Virus record (IMG/VR): IMGVR_UViG_3300048599_000816
Span: 1-32,544 of that record
Source: a virus
DNA: 32,544 nucleotides
Strand: one strand, 5' to 3'
Of this stretch, positions 1 to 8,427 are shown piece by piece. The notes beneath the pieces are model-generated. The model saw only the letters and a list, made by a program, of their open reading frames with translations, was not told the origin of the DNA and ran no database searches. Positions within the stretch are counted from its first letter, which is position 1. Each line of letters begins with the position of its first letter. Made by a program: the position numbers and the translations under genes.

Positions 1-273
1 ATGATTACGCTTTTCATACGCAAACTCGGTACTATAGAAGTCAAAGAATCTGATTGTTCTATCAGAGACTTCATTGAATTCTCGATCTATTTCAGAGACT
101 ATATAGACAACCAACTTGAAGACTATAGATTCCAACCCCATCATAGAATAGTAAAAATCATCAAACACAAAAGCTCATGGTATCTATATTATCCATTATC
201 TACTAGCCCATGCACTGGTGGATTCAAACGTAAAACTGATGCGGTCAACTGGTTTATGAAAAACGGCAGATAA
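1..273 (+). CDS. hypothetical protein, possibly 5'-truncated at window edge
   Basis: ORF track; begins at window position 1; no recognisable motifs. Confidence 0.35.
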   Translation: MITLFIRKLGTIEVKESDCSIRDFIEFSIYFRDYIDNQLEDYRFQPHHRIVKIIKHKSSWYLYYPLSTSPCTGGFKRKTDAVNWFMKNGR

Positions 274-298
274 ATGGAAAACTCACGACATCATAACT
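264..298 (+). promoter_or_regulatory. plus-strand copy of the conserved gene-proximal motif (cGGCA-N13-CTCACGAcATcATAACT) upstream of gene 311..595
   Basis: Degenerate but ordered match to the consensus seen before minus-strand genes, in the orientation of the plus-strand gene it precedes; followed by AAGGAGG and ATG. Confidence 0.45.
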
Positions 299-310
299 CA
301 AGGAGGCTCT

Positions 311-595
311 ATGGGTGAAACACAACGCATCGTCCCGAAATTATCAGAAAAAGCTTTTCTACGCTTACGCAAAAAGTTCGAAACAGATGCTGCAATTGCA
401 CGTCACTTCGGCGTATCGCGTGAAAGAATAAGACAAATCCGCAACCGCTTAGGAATACAATCCAGATGGGACATCAAAAGAGAACTAAATGTCACTGTCA
501 GAACCCTATCAAAAAAAGGTGTTTCAAGATACGACATAGCCCAACAACTAAAAATATCTATCTACTCCGTCAGATATGCTCTAACTGGTCATTGA
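311..595 (+). CDS. small DNA-binding protein with sigma-70 region-4-like HTH (..AAIARHFGVSRERIRQIRNRL..) plus a second HTH
   Basis: Strong SD (AAGGAGG) 6 nt before ATG; VSRERIRQI matches the sigma70 region 4.2 recognition helix pattern (established knowledge of the family). Confidence 0.6.
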   Translation: MGETQRIVPKLSEKAFLRLRKKFETDAAIARHFGVSRERIRQIRNRLGIQSRWDIKRELNVTVRTLSKKGVSRYDIAQQLKISIYSVRYALTGH

Positions 596-610
596 TACAA
601 CGGACAAACT

Positions 611-1696
611 ATGAGTGACTACACAGATTATCGAAGCCCTTTAGGCAATGCAGCGCAAGAAATAGCACAACACGTTCTTACACATCTAGACTGTGAATTC
701 TTCAATGCAGGCTATGAAAACAAACTTTGTTCACCTAACTTCGAAAAAAAATTAAAAGGAAAATACAAAGACACTAGTCTCTATAGACACATAAGATTCA
801 TACTTGACTATATAGCAATCATGAGAAGGGGCACGCTTCTAAATCTTGAAATAAAAGGTTCTGTCGATAACTCTTTCTCCATCGAAAAAACTTCCTATGA
901 CACCTACATAGAAAAAGACAATGCAGCTAACATACTCAAAAAACATGGCATAAAACTCTATCCTCCTTCACTCGCTGTCTTCGTCTCACCCGACAATGTA
1001 CAAGCCCAATATATACACAAACTAAAATTCCAAGAAGGAGCAGAAAGATTCTGGAGTAATTCTCTGTCAAAATATGTCAATCTAGACGTTCTCGAAAACG
1101 ATAAACACTGGAACAACCCCTACGCACTATCAGAAAAACTTCTAGATGAATACAAGAAAAAAACAGGCTCAAGCGGCAATGTCTTCGCTCGCATCGACAA
1201 AAAAGCTTCAAACCTCAAAAAACTCATACCTGAAGAATATGTTCAACAATACAGAGAATTCTATCTAAACACTTTACTAAAACACAAAGTATCAATAAAA
1301 CACGAAACCCTTTCAAAACTACTAGAAAAATTACCAATTAAACAAAATATGACATTAGATGAATTTGAAGACGCACTGCGCTCCATAAACCCAAACTTCT
1401 CGCCCATCCTCATCATAGAAAACAAATACTACAAATTACTCACGCTTGAAGAATCTATTTCATATTTCGACTTCAAAAACTACAACCCAATCATAGCGCC
1501 TATTGTCTTAAACAAAATAAAACAACAATTTCAAACTCAAAATGAATACTTTGAAAACAGTAAACTACTAGGCAAAGAATCAACATTCATCCTCTGCAAC
1601 TCTACAGAATCACGTCTAAAAAAAATCAAAACAATCAAAAGACTTGAAGACAAATCACAAGAACTCTACACAAAAAAAGGCTTCACAAAAATCTAA
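611..1696 (+). CDS. hypothetical 361-aa protein; possible PD-(D/E)xK-like motif (D-x14-EIK), weak
   Basis: ORF track; follows previous gene by 15 nt (operon-like); weak SD. Confidence 0.5.
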   Translation: MSDYTDYRSPLGNAAQEIAQHVLTHLDCEFFNAGYENKLCSPNFEKKLKGKYKDTSLYRHIRFILDYIAIMRRGTLLNLEIKGSVDNSFSIEKTSYDTYIEKDNAANILKKHGIKLYPPSLAVFVSPDNVQAQYIHKLKFQEGAERFWSNSLSKYVNLDVLENDKHWNNPYALSEKLLDEYKKKTGSSGNVFARIDKKASNLKKLIPEEYVQQYREFYLNTLLKHKVSIKHETLSKLLEKLPIKQNMTLDEFEDALRSINPNFSPILIIENKYYKLLTLEESISYFDFKNYNPIIAPIVLNKIKQQFQTQNEYFENSKLLGKESTFILCNSTESRLKKIKTIKRLEDKSQELYTKKGFTKI

Positions 1697-2047
1697 ATCA
1701 GATACTAGCACGCGCTATAGCAAGCTTCAATAATCTACCCTATCAAAGTGCTCAACCCTATATACTCCAGTCGCTTAGCTATCCTATAATCATCAGGCAA
1801 CAGCTACAAGCGAGCTATAGCTAAATTCGCATAGTTACTAATTTTTCGCTACCCTATCAACTATATCAACCCTTTATTTTCCGGACGCAGGAAACAAGTA
1901 AGCTTAGGCGCTTTGAATATGGCCTCCCGCGAGGCCCTCTAGAATACCTCCTGGAACCTGCACCAGGGCCCCCTGCGACCTGCCCTAGAGGGCCTATGTA
2001 GTAGGGGGTATATAGATACCTATGTAGCAGGGGTAGTATGCCAGTGG
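1697..2047. other. convergent intergenic region with iteron-like direct repeats (ACCCTATCAA x2, GCTATAGC palindromes x2, CCTATGTAG(T/C)AGGGG x2) and nested GC-rich hairpins (GGCCTCCCGCGAGGCC; GGCCCTCTAG...CTAGAGGGCC)
   Basis: Seen directly in sequence; GC-rich island in AT-rich background between plus-strand and minus-strand gene blocks. Confidence 0.5.
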
Positions 2048-2158
2048 TCAAGAGATAATATTTGAAATGGTGGTAACGATTCTGAGAGCGATACCAGTGA
2101 TGGCAGCTATCGTGAATAGACCAGAGGTGATAAGTATTTTTGCGCTTGTGGAATCCAT
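2048..2158 (-). CDS. 36-aa hydrophobic (single-TM-like) peptide MDSTSAKILITSGLFTIAAITGIALRIVTTISNIIS
   Basis: Not in ORF track (too short); AAGGAGG 4 nt before ATG; degenerate upstream motif copy; translation done by hand. Confidence 0.35.
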   Translation of the reverse strand: MDSTSAKILITSGLFTIAAITGIALRIVTTISNIIS

Positions 2159-2345
2159 AAATCCTCCTTATGGTGGTGATAGAATTAGATATCGCAAGTT
2201 GCTTGGAATTTACCAAGCACTTGTTTAGCCTTGGATGATGCTATACCCTAAGATCAAAATGATGCTTATTAAATATAATCCCATAACTCTCTCCTTTGTT
2301 AGTGATAATAACTATATCGTGAGTTGTAGTGTAATTGCCAATAGC

Positions 2346-2365
2346 AAGCGCTAAAGCGCTTGCGC
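2346..2365. other. perfect palindrome GCAAGCGCTAAAGCGCTTGC immediately 3' of the Cys-rich gene stop; hairpin or operator
   Basis: Seen in sequence; no T-tract after it on the minus strand, so terminator role is uncertain. Confidence 0.35.
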
Positions 2366-2369
2366 TTGG

Positions 2370-2570
2370 TTACTGATTAAAGAATTTGAGATTTTCGCTT
2401 GGCTTGGGAATTACTTGCGTTTTCTTGCAGTGCTCTGGTGAATTATGATAGATGCATTTACTGCCACAAGGTTTTCCGTAAGCATAATCAGTATCAAGAC
2501 CTACGCAAGGTTGTCCGTTATCTGCTGTTTTGCAATACTGCCAGTAATTTTGATTTGTTTCGTTAGCCAT
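2370..2570 (-). CDS. 66-aa Cys-rich small protein (MANETNQNYWQYCKTADNGQPCVGLDTDYAYGKPCGSKCIYHNSPEHCKK..)
   Basis: Internal ATG of track ORF 2370..2645 preceded by AAAGGAG and the conserved motif; 6 Cys. Confidence 0.55.
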   Translation of the reverse strand: MANETNQNYWQYCKTADNGQPCVGLDTDYAYGKPCGSKCIYHNSPEHCKKTQVIPKPSENLKFFNQ

Positions 2571-2619
2571 AGTGTAACTCCTTTGAATGGTGATGATAGT
2601 TATATCGCAAGAGCGTTTG

Positions 2620-2820
2620 TTACTTGCCAATAATGATGTCGGCAAGTTTCATGTCAAGTAAAGCGTCAAGTTCTTGTTGTGAGGCATTGATAGTTTTGCC
2701 ATACTGTAGTGCATAAGTAATGAGCTCTTCTCTTGTACCAGGTTTGTCATTAGACGCTAGTTCTATCATCTTAAGAAGTTTAATGTTTCTTTCTCTCTTG
2801 CATCGTTTCGCTACAGCCAT
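2620..2820 (-). CDS. hypothetical 66-aa protein
   Basis: ORF track; AAGGAGAGA RBS; motif upstream (2844-2875). Confidence 0.65.
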   Translation of the reverse strand: MAVAKRCKRERNIKLLKMIELASNDKPGTREELITYALQYGKTINASQQELDALLDMKLADIIIGK

Positions 2821-2843
2821 AATCTCTCCTTTGGTTGTTAGTA

Positions 2844-2875
2844 GTTATATCGTGAGAAAGCGTGATACTGCCAGT
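2844..2875 (-). promoter_or_regulatory. conserved gene-proximal promoter-like motif (representative copy)
   Basis: TGGCA-N16-CGATATAAC then SD and ATG of 2620..2820. Confidence 0.55.
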
Positions 2876-2977
2876 GGAGTTGCGAGTTTGTTGAGCATCA
2901 TGCAAGAGTTATGTAAATGGTTCTATTGGCGAAAAACGGCAAAGGGCTCGTAGGCCCTCTTACTGATTGTAGGTTGA

Positions 2978-3493
2978 TTAAGCAGCCTTTGATTCAGGTG
3001 TTACTTCAGCAACCGGAGCAGCCTGGATAATTTTGGCAGTTGATTTCTTTTCAGTTGGTTTGGTAGATTTCTTTGCATCTTTCTTTGTTTCCTTGGCAGC
3101 CGGGGTAGTTACAACCGAAGTTACAGGAGCCGGTGTTGCTTTGGCAGTTGATGTAGCCTTGACAACCGGTTTGAGAGATACCAAGATGTTGAGAAGGTTG
3201 GAGAGTTCGTTGTTGTCTGCCACCTTTTTGATGGTACCGATGATTTTACCGCATCTGCCAGCTTCGAGGCGTTCTTTTGGATAAGGTGTGAAACGGTCCT
3301 TCATGTCAGCTGTTGATTCGGTAACTTCAAGGGTTGAGCCTTTGAGATACCAGGTGTGACCGTTGGCAGCCTTGAAGCATGAGCAAGATGTTTTGATTAT
3401 GGTTTCGATATCTTTGATCTTGATCTCTTTAACTGTGATAACTGATTTGGTTGAAGTTGTTGTGATTTCGGTGGTTTTTGTTGATGTTGTCAT
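2978..3493 (-). CDS. hypothetical 171-aa protein with Thr-rich N-terminus and Ala/Lys/Thr-rich low-complexity tail (histone-H1-like composition)
   Basis: ORF track; AAGGAGATACAAACATG RBS; motif upstream. Confidence 0.8.
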   Translation of the reverse strand: MTTSTKTTEITTTSTKSVITVKEIKIKDIETIIKTSCSCFKAANGHTWYLKGSTLEVTESTADMKDRFTPYPKERLEAGRCGKIIGTIKKVADNNELSNLLNILVSLKPVVKATSTAKATPAPVTSVVTTPAAKETKKDAKKSTKPTEKKSTAKIIQAAPVAEVTPESKAA

Positions 3494-3538
3494 GTTTGTA
3501 TCTCCTTGAAAGTTTGTTTGTTGTTTTGTTTGATAGTA

Positions 3539-3569
3539 ACTATATCGAGAGAAAATAAAAAACTGCCAG
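3539..3569 (-). promoter_or_regulatory. conserved promoter-like motif; its TGGCAG is the 3' arm of a terminator hairpin
   Basis: minus strand reads CTGCCAACACTGGCAG-TTTTTTATTTT-CTCTCGATATAGTTACTATCA. Confidence 0.55.
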
Positions 3570-3579
3570 TGTTGGCAGT
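3553..3579 (-). terminator. rho-independent terminator (6-bp stem CTGCCA/TGGCAG, loop ACAC, TTTTTTATTTT)
   Basis: Seen in sequence on minus strand downstream of gene 3758..4072 and the GC-rich repeat A. Confidence 0.6.
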
Positions 3580-3589
3580 GTCATGAGCA

Positions 3590-3735
3590 ACTCACGATAT
3601 AAGCCGCTCACGTAGCGCTTGAGTGCGTACTTCCGCTTACATGCGCTCATGCTCGCACACTTGTACGCACATTCGCTTGGCTCTAGTGCGCTTAAGTATA
3701 GGCGGCACTCACTGGCTACCTTCACATGAATGATG
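3590..3735 (-). repeat. GC-rich repeat element copy A (core ATGTGAAGGTAG-N3-GTGAGTGCC followed by ~100 nt GC-enriched sequence with AGCGCT/GCGCTTG)
   Basis: Shares ordered core blocks with copy B at 6000-6130; both lie directly 3' of a gene stop. Confidence 0.55.
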
Positions 3736-3757
3736 CAAGGGAATATTGTTGTGAATT

Positions 3758-4072
3758 TCAACAACCTGTAGCACCATAAAAATCACCATCAGTATCTGGA
3801 TTGTATTGACGTATGGTAGAAATATTGGGATTAAGCTCTGCCAAAGTATAGTAATCAGAATCACCTTCAAGAGTCAAACATTGATAGTAAATTTCGTTTT
3901 GAAAATTTCGTGTATTGCCATTAAAGAAAAACATAACGTTTGCAAAGTCACCTGTCTTATCCTCAGAATAAAAAACGTCATGTTTCTTGAGAGTTATTGA
4001 AGCAACTTTAGTTGCTATTCTCTGCTGTTCATCTTTATAAGCCTGTTGCTTTTTTGTAAGTTTCTTTGCCAT
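3758..4072 (-). CDS. hypothetical 104-aa protein
   Basis: ORF track; AAGGAGAGAGAATG RBS; motif upstream (4099-4130). Confidence 0.75.
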   Translation of the reverse strand: MAKKLTKKQQAYKDEQQRIATKVASITLKKHDVFYSEDKTGDFANVMFFFNGNTRNFQNEIYYQCLTLEGDSDYYTLAELNPNISTIRQYNPDTDGDFYGATGC

Positions 4073-4129
4073 TCTCTCTCCTTGGTTAGTTGATATATAC
4101 TATATCGAGAGAAGCACAACAAGCTACCA

Positions 4130-4453
4130 TCAAGACTTCAAGTAAAGCGCAAAAAGTTCAGGGAAGGTAGTTTCAAGTTGATTCAAACAACGCTTCTTAT
4201 GCAATTTCTCCGTAAGCTCTTCAAATGTCACACCATAAAGTCTCTTTGCAATATCGTCAAGCACACTAAAATGTGACACAGCACACTCAGGAAAATTCTT
4301 TACAACAAGTTCACCTACTGCTTTCCAATCAACTACAGCACTTGAAAAAATAATAGAACGTAAAAAACTTGCAATATCACCTGATCCCATATTCGTAAGA
4401 ACTGCAAGCTTCCTTGAAACAAACTCCTTAATCTCCTGCTCTGACCAATTCAT
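4130..4453 (-). CDS. hypothetical 107-aa protein
   Basis: ORF track; AAAGGAGAGTTATG RBS; motif upstream (4501-4533). Confidence 0.75.
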   Translation of the reverse strand: MNWSEQEIKEFVSRKLAVLTNMGSGDIASFLRSIIFSSAVVDWKAVGELVVKNFPECAVSHFSVLDDIAKRLYGVTFEELTEKLHKKRCLNQLETTFPELFALYLKS

Positions 4454-4541
4454 AACTCTCCTTTGTTTATTGATATGTGCTGTGCACCATCCTTTGGATG
4501 ACTACTATATCGAGAGAAAGCAACAAAACTACCAAAATAAT

Positions 4542-4577
4542 AAAGGCGCCCCAGAATTGAGCGCCTTAAGCCGGGCA
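4542..4577 (-). terminator. rho-independent terminator (AAGGCGC..GCGCCTT stem, TTTATTATTTT)
   Basis: Seen in sequence downstream of gene 4601..4879; followed directly by motif TGGTA-N17-CGATATAG. Confidence 0.55.
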
Positions 4578-4600
4578 TCACCCCAGCAACCGGAGAGAGA

Positions 4601-4879
4601 TTACTTATAATATTTTTTCAAGATTGCATTCAAATCAACTGTATCAGACACACCACGGATCACCGCTTTAATCGAACCCAGATGACAACTCACGATCACT
4701 TCATCAGAATAACGTTCCACGCGCTTTCCAAGCTCTTTAATCGGATTGGTAATTTCCAAAGCACGACCCTTAAGCACTGCCTTCTTTTCGCCCCGGATAA
4801 ACGTAACTGACGATTTCTTCTGTTCTACTGTAACGCCTTTGGGAAGAACGAGATCCTCGATAACGATTGCTTCAGCCAT
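4601..4879 (-). CDS. hypothetical 92-aa protein
   Basis: ORF track; AGGAGGATTTTTTATG RBS; two tandem motif copies upstream (near 4911 and 4983). Confidence 0.75.
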   Translation of the reverse strand: MAEAIVIEDLVLPKGVTVEQKKSSVTFIRGEKKAVLKGRALEITNPIKELGKRVERYSDEVIVSCHLGSIKAVIRGVSDTVDLNAILKKYYK

Positions 4880-4991
4880 AAAAAATCCTCCTGAATATTG
4901 TTGTTAGTTATATCGTTTCTTACCAGCTTCACTGCCAGGGTTTGTTTCACAAGTTGTTTTATTTCTTCCTGATAGTTACTATATCGTGAAA

Positions 4992-5303
4992 TTACGCCGG
5001 AATGCCAATCGCATTTTTACAACCAGCACATTCCTGCAAAGGATTATTACAAGTCTCAAGCTTACAAGTAGCATCTTCAGGATACTCTTGCTCTTCATCG
5101 CTAATATCGCTCTCAAGCGACTCCATTACTTCCTCAAGACATGGTCCATTAGACACATACTCGTTTGACACCTGCTTACCATACGCTTTCCATCGCTCAT
5201 AAAGACTTAAATTTGTACTTCTAAGCGCCTGATCAAATTCATTAAAAGCAGACTCAAGTCTTCCAGCAATCTCCTGTATTTCTTCAAATTCATCGCGTGT
5301 CAT
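4992..5303 (-). CDS. hypothetical acidic 103-aa protein
   Basis: ORF track; AAGGAGAGACTATG RBS; motif at 5329-5360. Confidence 0.75.
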   Translation of the reverse strand: MTRDEFEEIQEIAGRLESAFNEFDQALRSTNLSLYERWKAYGKQVSNEYVSNGPCLEEVMESLESDISDEEQEYPEDATCKLETCNNPLQECAGCKNAIGIPA

Positions 5304-5702
5304 AGTCTCTCCTTGTTTGTTGATAGCTACTATATCGTGAGAAACTCAGATGGCTGCCAGCAAATATACAAACGATATACTAACACGTACGTCCTTCCGT
5401 GCGTAGCATATCGGGGAAGTGTATCTATACAAGATCGTTAGACACAGTTTAGCACAAACAAAACAGCCCACCCATATATTATATAGGCAGGCTGCACTTA
5501 TAGGAGAGACGAATACTCGTGTTTATTTAATTGAAACTATTACCATCCTTGTCCTCTCAACTGTCGTATATTCTTTACCAACTTCATAACCAGCACCCTG
5601 ACGATCAGACATAAGAGAAAAAGTAAACTCCATACCCTTCAAATGACCTGTCAACATCCTCTTTGTTATCACCCATGTTCTCATCACAAACTCCTTTGTT
5701 GC

Positions 5703-5873
5703 TCAATACAATATCGCGAGATACCCGGCAACAGCCAACTGATTTTCTGCTTTAATACTTGAAGCTTCAGATATACAATCACTCTTCACTTCATCATTAC
5801 ATATATCAGCAAACTCACATATACTACAATCAATTCCCAACTCAATAATCTCTGCTTGCAAATTTCTTTCCAT
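5703..5873 (-). CDS. 56-aa Cys-rich protein (MERNLQAEIIELGIDCSICEFADICNDEVKSDC..)
   Basis: Not in track; AAGGAGAGAACATG RBS and motif upstream; hand translation. Confidence 0.5.
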   Translation of the reverse strand: MERNLQAEIIELGIDCSICEFADICNDEVKSDCISEASSIKAENQLAVAGYLAILY

Positions 5874-5999
5874 GTTCTCTCCTTGGTTGATAGAGACTAT
5901 ATCGTCTCAATGCAAACAAACTACCAACCAAATAATCTCTTTGCCTTCAGCCTGTGTAACAGAATCCATTATAATAGCAATCTGGTAATGTAAGTTTTC

Positions 6000-6130
6000 T
6001 ATGCGCGCGTATCGCGCTTGCGAGCTCATCCCTCGCTCGCTTATCACGCGTCGTATACACTTATACGTACATCGAAGCTAGCGAAGCTAGAGAGCATGCA
6101 CGGCACTCACCCTCTACCTTCACATATACT
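6000..6130 (-). repeat. GC-rich repeat element copy B (ATGTGAAGGTAG-AGG-GTGAGTGCC + GC-enriched tail)
   Basis: See copy A; lies directly 3' of gene 6150..6317. Confidence 0.55.
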
Positions 6131-6149
6131 TTCATTGGGAATTTATCGC

Positions 6150-6317
6150 TCATACCAATGCTAAAAACTCTTCCAAAGTACGAGCTGTTTCAAGTGCAAT
6201 TTTGAGATTCGCTATATCTTCTTCATTAATCACAGTATCTCGTTCCGGGCGTCCTGTAAGCTCAACAAAAATACTATTTGTTTTCTTCCTCGTTGATTTC
6301 TGCATTTCAGTCTCCAT
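6150..6317 (-). CDS. hypothetical 55-aa protein (METEMQKSTRKKTNSIFVELTGRPERDTV...)
   Basis: Internal ATG (M24 of track ORF 6150..6386) preceded by AAAGGAG and motif. Confidence 0.6.
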   Translation of the reverse strand: METEMQKSTRKKTNSIFVELTGRPERDTVINEEDIANLKIALETARTLEEFLALV

Positions 6318-6389
6318 AATCCCAACTCCTTTGTTAGATTTCATTTGGATATATACTATATCGTCATCATGCAACCCAACTACCATACA

Positions 6390-7260
6390 ATATATATCAT
6401 GCGCCCGAATTACTACTACAAAAGAAACGAAGCACGAGCGCCCATGCGCGAGTTTTTTTCATACACTTGCTACCTACAAGACAAGAATTGTTCCACGTGA
6501 AACATTTTTTTCACCCGGGCACATGTTTGCCTACAAGTGAATTTCTAGCGTAGCGTGCTCGTATCGCGCTCTTGTCATATACTCTTGCTTGAGCGCTCTT
6601 GTTCACTACCTGCACTTGTTCTCTTGTTTGCATGCGCATTTCCCTCATTTCTTATGCCCTGTCACCCGTATACTAAGTCGCAAGATGCGGGCAGCAAATA
6701 CCGGGCCTTAGTTTCTTATAAGCGTCCTGAAGTCTTAGTATCTATGTTTTGTCTTATAAGCGCCCGGAGACATTAGCGCCCAAGCAGTGGTACTTAAAGC
6801 GCTCTGGTGGTATATTGGTGCTTGTTGTATAGCGTTCTTGTAGCCCTGTACGTAGTAGCTAGAGTGTAGTAGAAGTAGATGATAGGTTCTTTTAAGGTTT
6901 TGTTATGTTTCTTTGATCTTGTGGTTTTTTTAAAGTAGAAAGTTGTTTTCAAGATATTTTTTTATAGTTGTTTTTGATTTTTTGTTGTTCCAGTGGGTTG
7001 TGTTGTTGTAAGCATGTAGAAGTAGAATTTTGTGGGTGTGTGTGGTGATGGGAGTGGGAATATTTAGATTTTCTTCTTTGATTGTTTCATCTATAGACAT
7101 TGTATCTTTTTCCATTCCGTAGTTTGTGAATTTGATGACAAGGGATTTGTGGATGATGAGGGGTGTGTGGGTTGAGTGTGCTAAACAAAACGCGTGGGGA
7201 ACTTAAGTCCCCACGTTTATAGAGGCAATGGAGGTATATGAATTGAAAAAGGAAAAGAGA
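6390..7260. other. ~870-bp non-coding region: two tandem plus-strand hairpin+T7 units each followed by GC(C/T)TACAAG, a GC-enriched block with GCGCTCT(T/G)G x3 and TCTTATAAGCG x2, then a ~450-bp G+T-rich (plus strand) tract with G-runs
   Basis: No credible ORF with RBS; strong strand compositional skew; seen directly. Confidence 0.5.
7183..7215 (-). terminator. rho-independent terminator (CGTGGGG..CCCCACG stem, then CGTTTTGTTT on minus strand)
   Basis: About 50 nt downstream of gene 7263..7901 stop. Confidence 0.6.
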
Positions 7261-7262
7261 GA

Positions 7263-7901
7263 TTACTTGATGTATGGTTTTGCTTTGCCGCAGAGTGTAC
7301 GAAGTCTTATGAGATTTGCCATGCCGTTGGCAATGCGGTAGAGTCTTTCACCGAATCCTTCTTTCATCGAGTATTTATGAGTTGTCATGAAGAATTTACT
7401 GAAGTCGGCTCCCATTTTTGCAACCAGTTCTTTTTTGAGTGTTTCATCTTCAAAGACTTCGGGACGGAGTATAACTGTAGAAGTTTTGATGACTTCGGTT
7501 GCATATTTGTCGCCCAGCAGAGTTTTCAGTGTTTCCTGGTCTTCTTTTTCCTGGGATGGTGAGAATTTGTCCTGGGTGATGAATGTGGCAGAAGTTTTTC
7601 CGTCGTCTGTGATGACCGTGTAAGAGCCGTGGAAGTCGTCTTTGAGACCATCGGTGTCCTGACGTTCAATGCAGTATTCAAGAAGTGGTCCTTCAGCTGC
7701 TCTCATGTTTCCTTCGGCTGCTTTGTATTCCTTTTTATAGCGAAGGAAGTCGATGAATTTGACTGACATATCTTTGTCAAGTTTGATGATGGGTTTGTCG
7801 CCTTTTTTGGGCGCTGAACTTGCTACGGTTGCTTCACCGAGCATTTGTTCGAACGATATTTCTTCGGGTCGGGTTGTAGTGGCTTTCTTTTTTCCTGCCA
7901 T
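7263..7901 (-). CDS. hypothetical 212-aa protein
   Basis: ORF track; AAGGAGATACAACAATG RBS; motif upstream (near 7938). Confidence 0.85.
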   Translation of the reverse strand: MAGKKKATTTRPEEISFEQMLGEATVASSAPKKGDKPIIKLDKDMSVKFIDFLRYKKEYKAAEGNMRAAEGPLLEYCIERQDTDGLKDDFHGSYTVITDDGKTSATFITQDKFSPSQEKEDQETLKTLLGDKYATEVIKTSTVILRPEVFEDETLKKELVAKMGADFSKFFMTTHKYSMKEGFGERLYRIANGMANLIRLRTLCGKAKPYIK

Positions 7902-7956
7902 TGTTGTATCTCCTTCTGAATGTTTTTTGCTTTTGATATATCGTTTTTTGTTGTTG

Positions 7957-8166
7957 TCATTGCCAACAGGTTTTTCGTTTGCAAAAGTTTAGACCTTCAT
8001 TCCATGCAGAGACATATTCAGGTTGACTATTAAGATATGCTTTACCTCGTACGCCAGCTCTGAAAGCTTCCAGCAAGTATGTTCTGTTCATATAATTTAG
8101 TTCATAATTACATGCAGGGCAAGACATATTGAATTCTAAATCGTGTGTTTCACAGTATCCTGACAT
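7957..8166 (-). CDS. 69-aa Cys-containing small protein (possible zinc-binding)
   Basis: ORF track; AAGGAGAGATTATG RBS; motif upstream (near 8203). Confidence 0.7.
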   Translation of the reverse strand: MSGYCETHDLEFNMSCPACNYELNYMNRTYLLEAFRAGVRGKAYLNSQPEYVSAWNEGLNFCKRKTCWQ

Positions 8167-8199
8167 AATCTCTCCTTGTTGAATACACTAACTATATCG

Positions 8200-8427
8200 T
8201 TAGTTGTGAGTCTGCTGCCAACAAGAACATTTGGGTCCAAGTAGAGACCTGCATTGTGGACAGAGTACTATGTCTCTGAAGTATGCAAAGACGATATCAA
8301 GATCTTCAATAAGAAGATTGTTGTCCAAGATGATGTCTTGGATTTTTTCAGAGTCTTCTTCGAAAAGATCAAATTGATCAATGACTTTTTCAGCCATTTC
8401 AAGAAGTGCGTCACTTACATGCGACAT
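8200..8427 (-). CDS. hypothetical acidic 75-aa protein with C-terminal CxxC..CxC
   Basis: ORF track; AAAGGAGTTACTTTATG RBS. Confidence 0.7.
   Translation of the reverse strand: MSHVSDALLEMAEKVIDQFDLFEEDSEKIQDIILDNNLLIEDLDIVFAYFRDIVLCPQCRSLLGPKCSCWQQTHN

Noticed and set aside
1866-2216. Track ORF 1866..2216 (116 aa, minus)
   Set aside because: It has no RBS. It runs through GC-rich nested hairpins and repeat units and has biased Gly/Pro/Arg composition, so it is a by-product of the GC-rich structured region.
3540-3764. Track ORF 3540..3764 (74 aa) covering GC-rich repeat A
   Set aside because: The homologous repeat B retains only a 30-aa frame. Conservation is in nucleotide blocks, not reading frame, and the TTG start overlaps the upstream gene.
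6930-7115. Track ORF 6930..7115 (61 aa, minus) in the G+T-skewed tract
   Set aside because: No SD. Its composition-driven His/Thr/Asn-rich product and location inside the skewed non-coding region argue against it.
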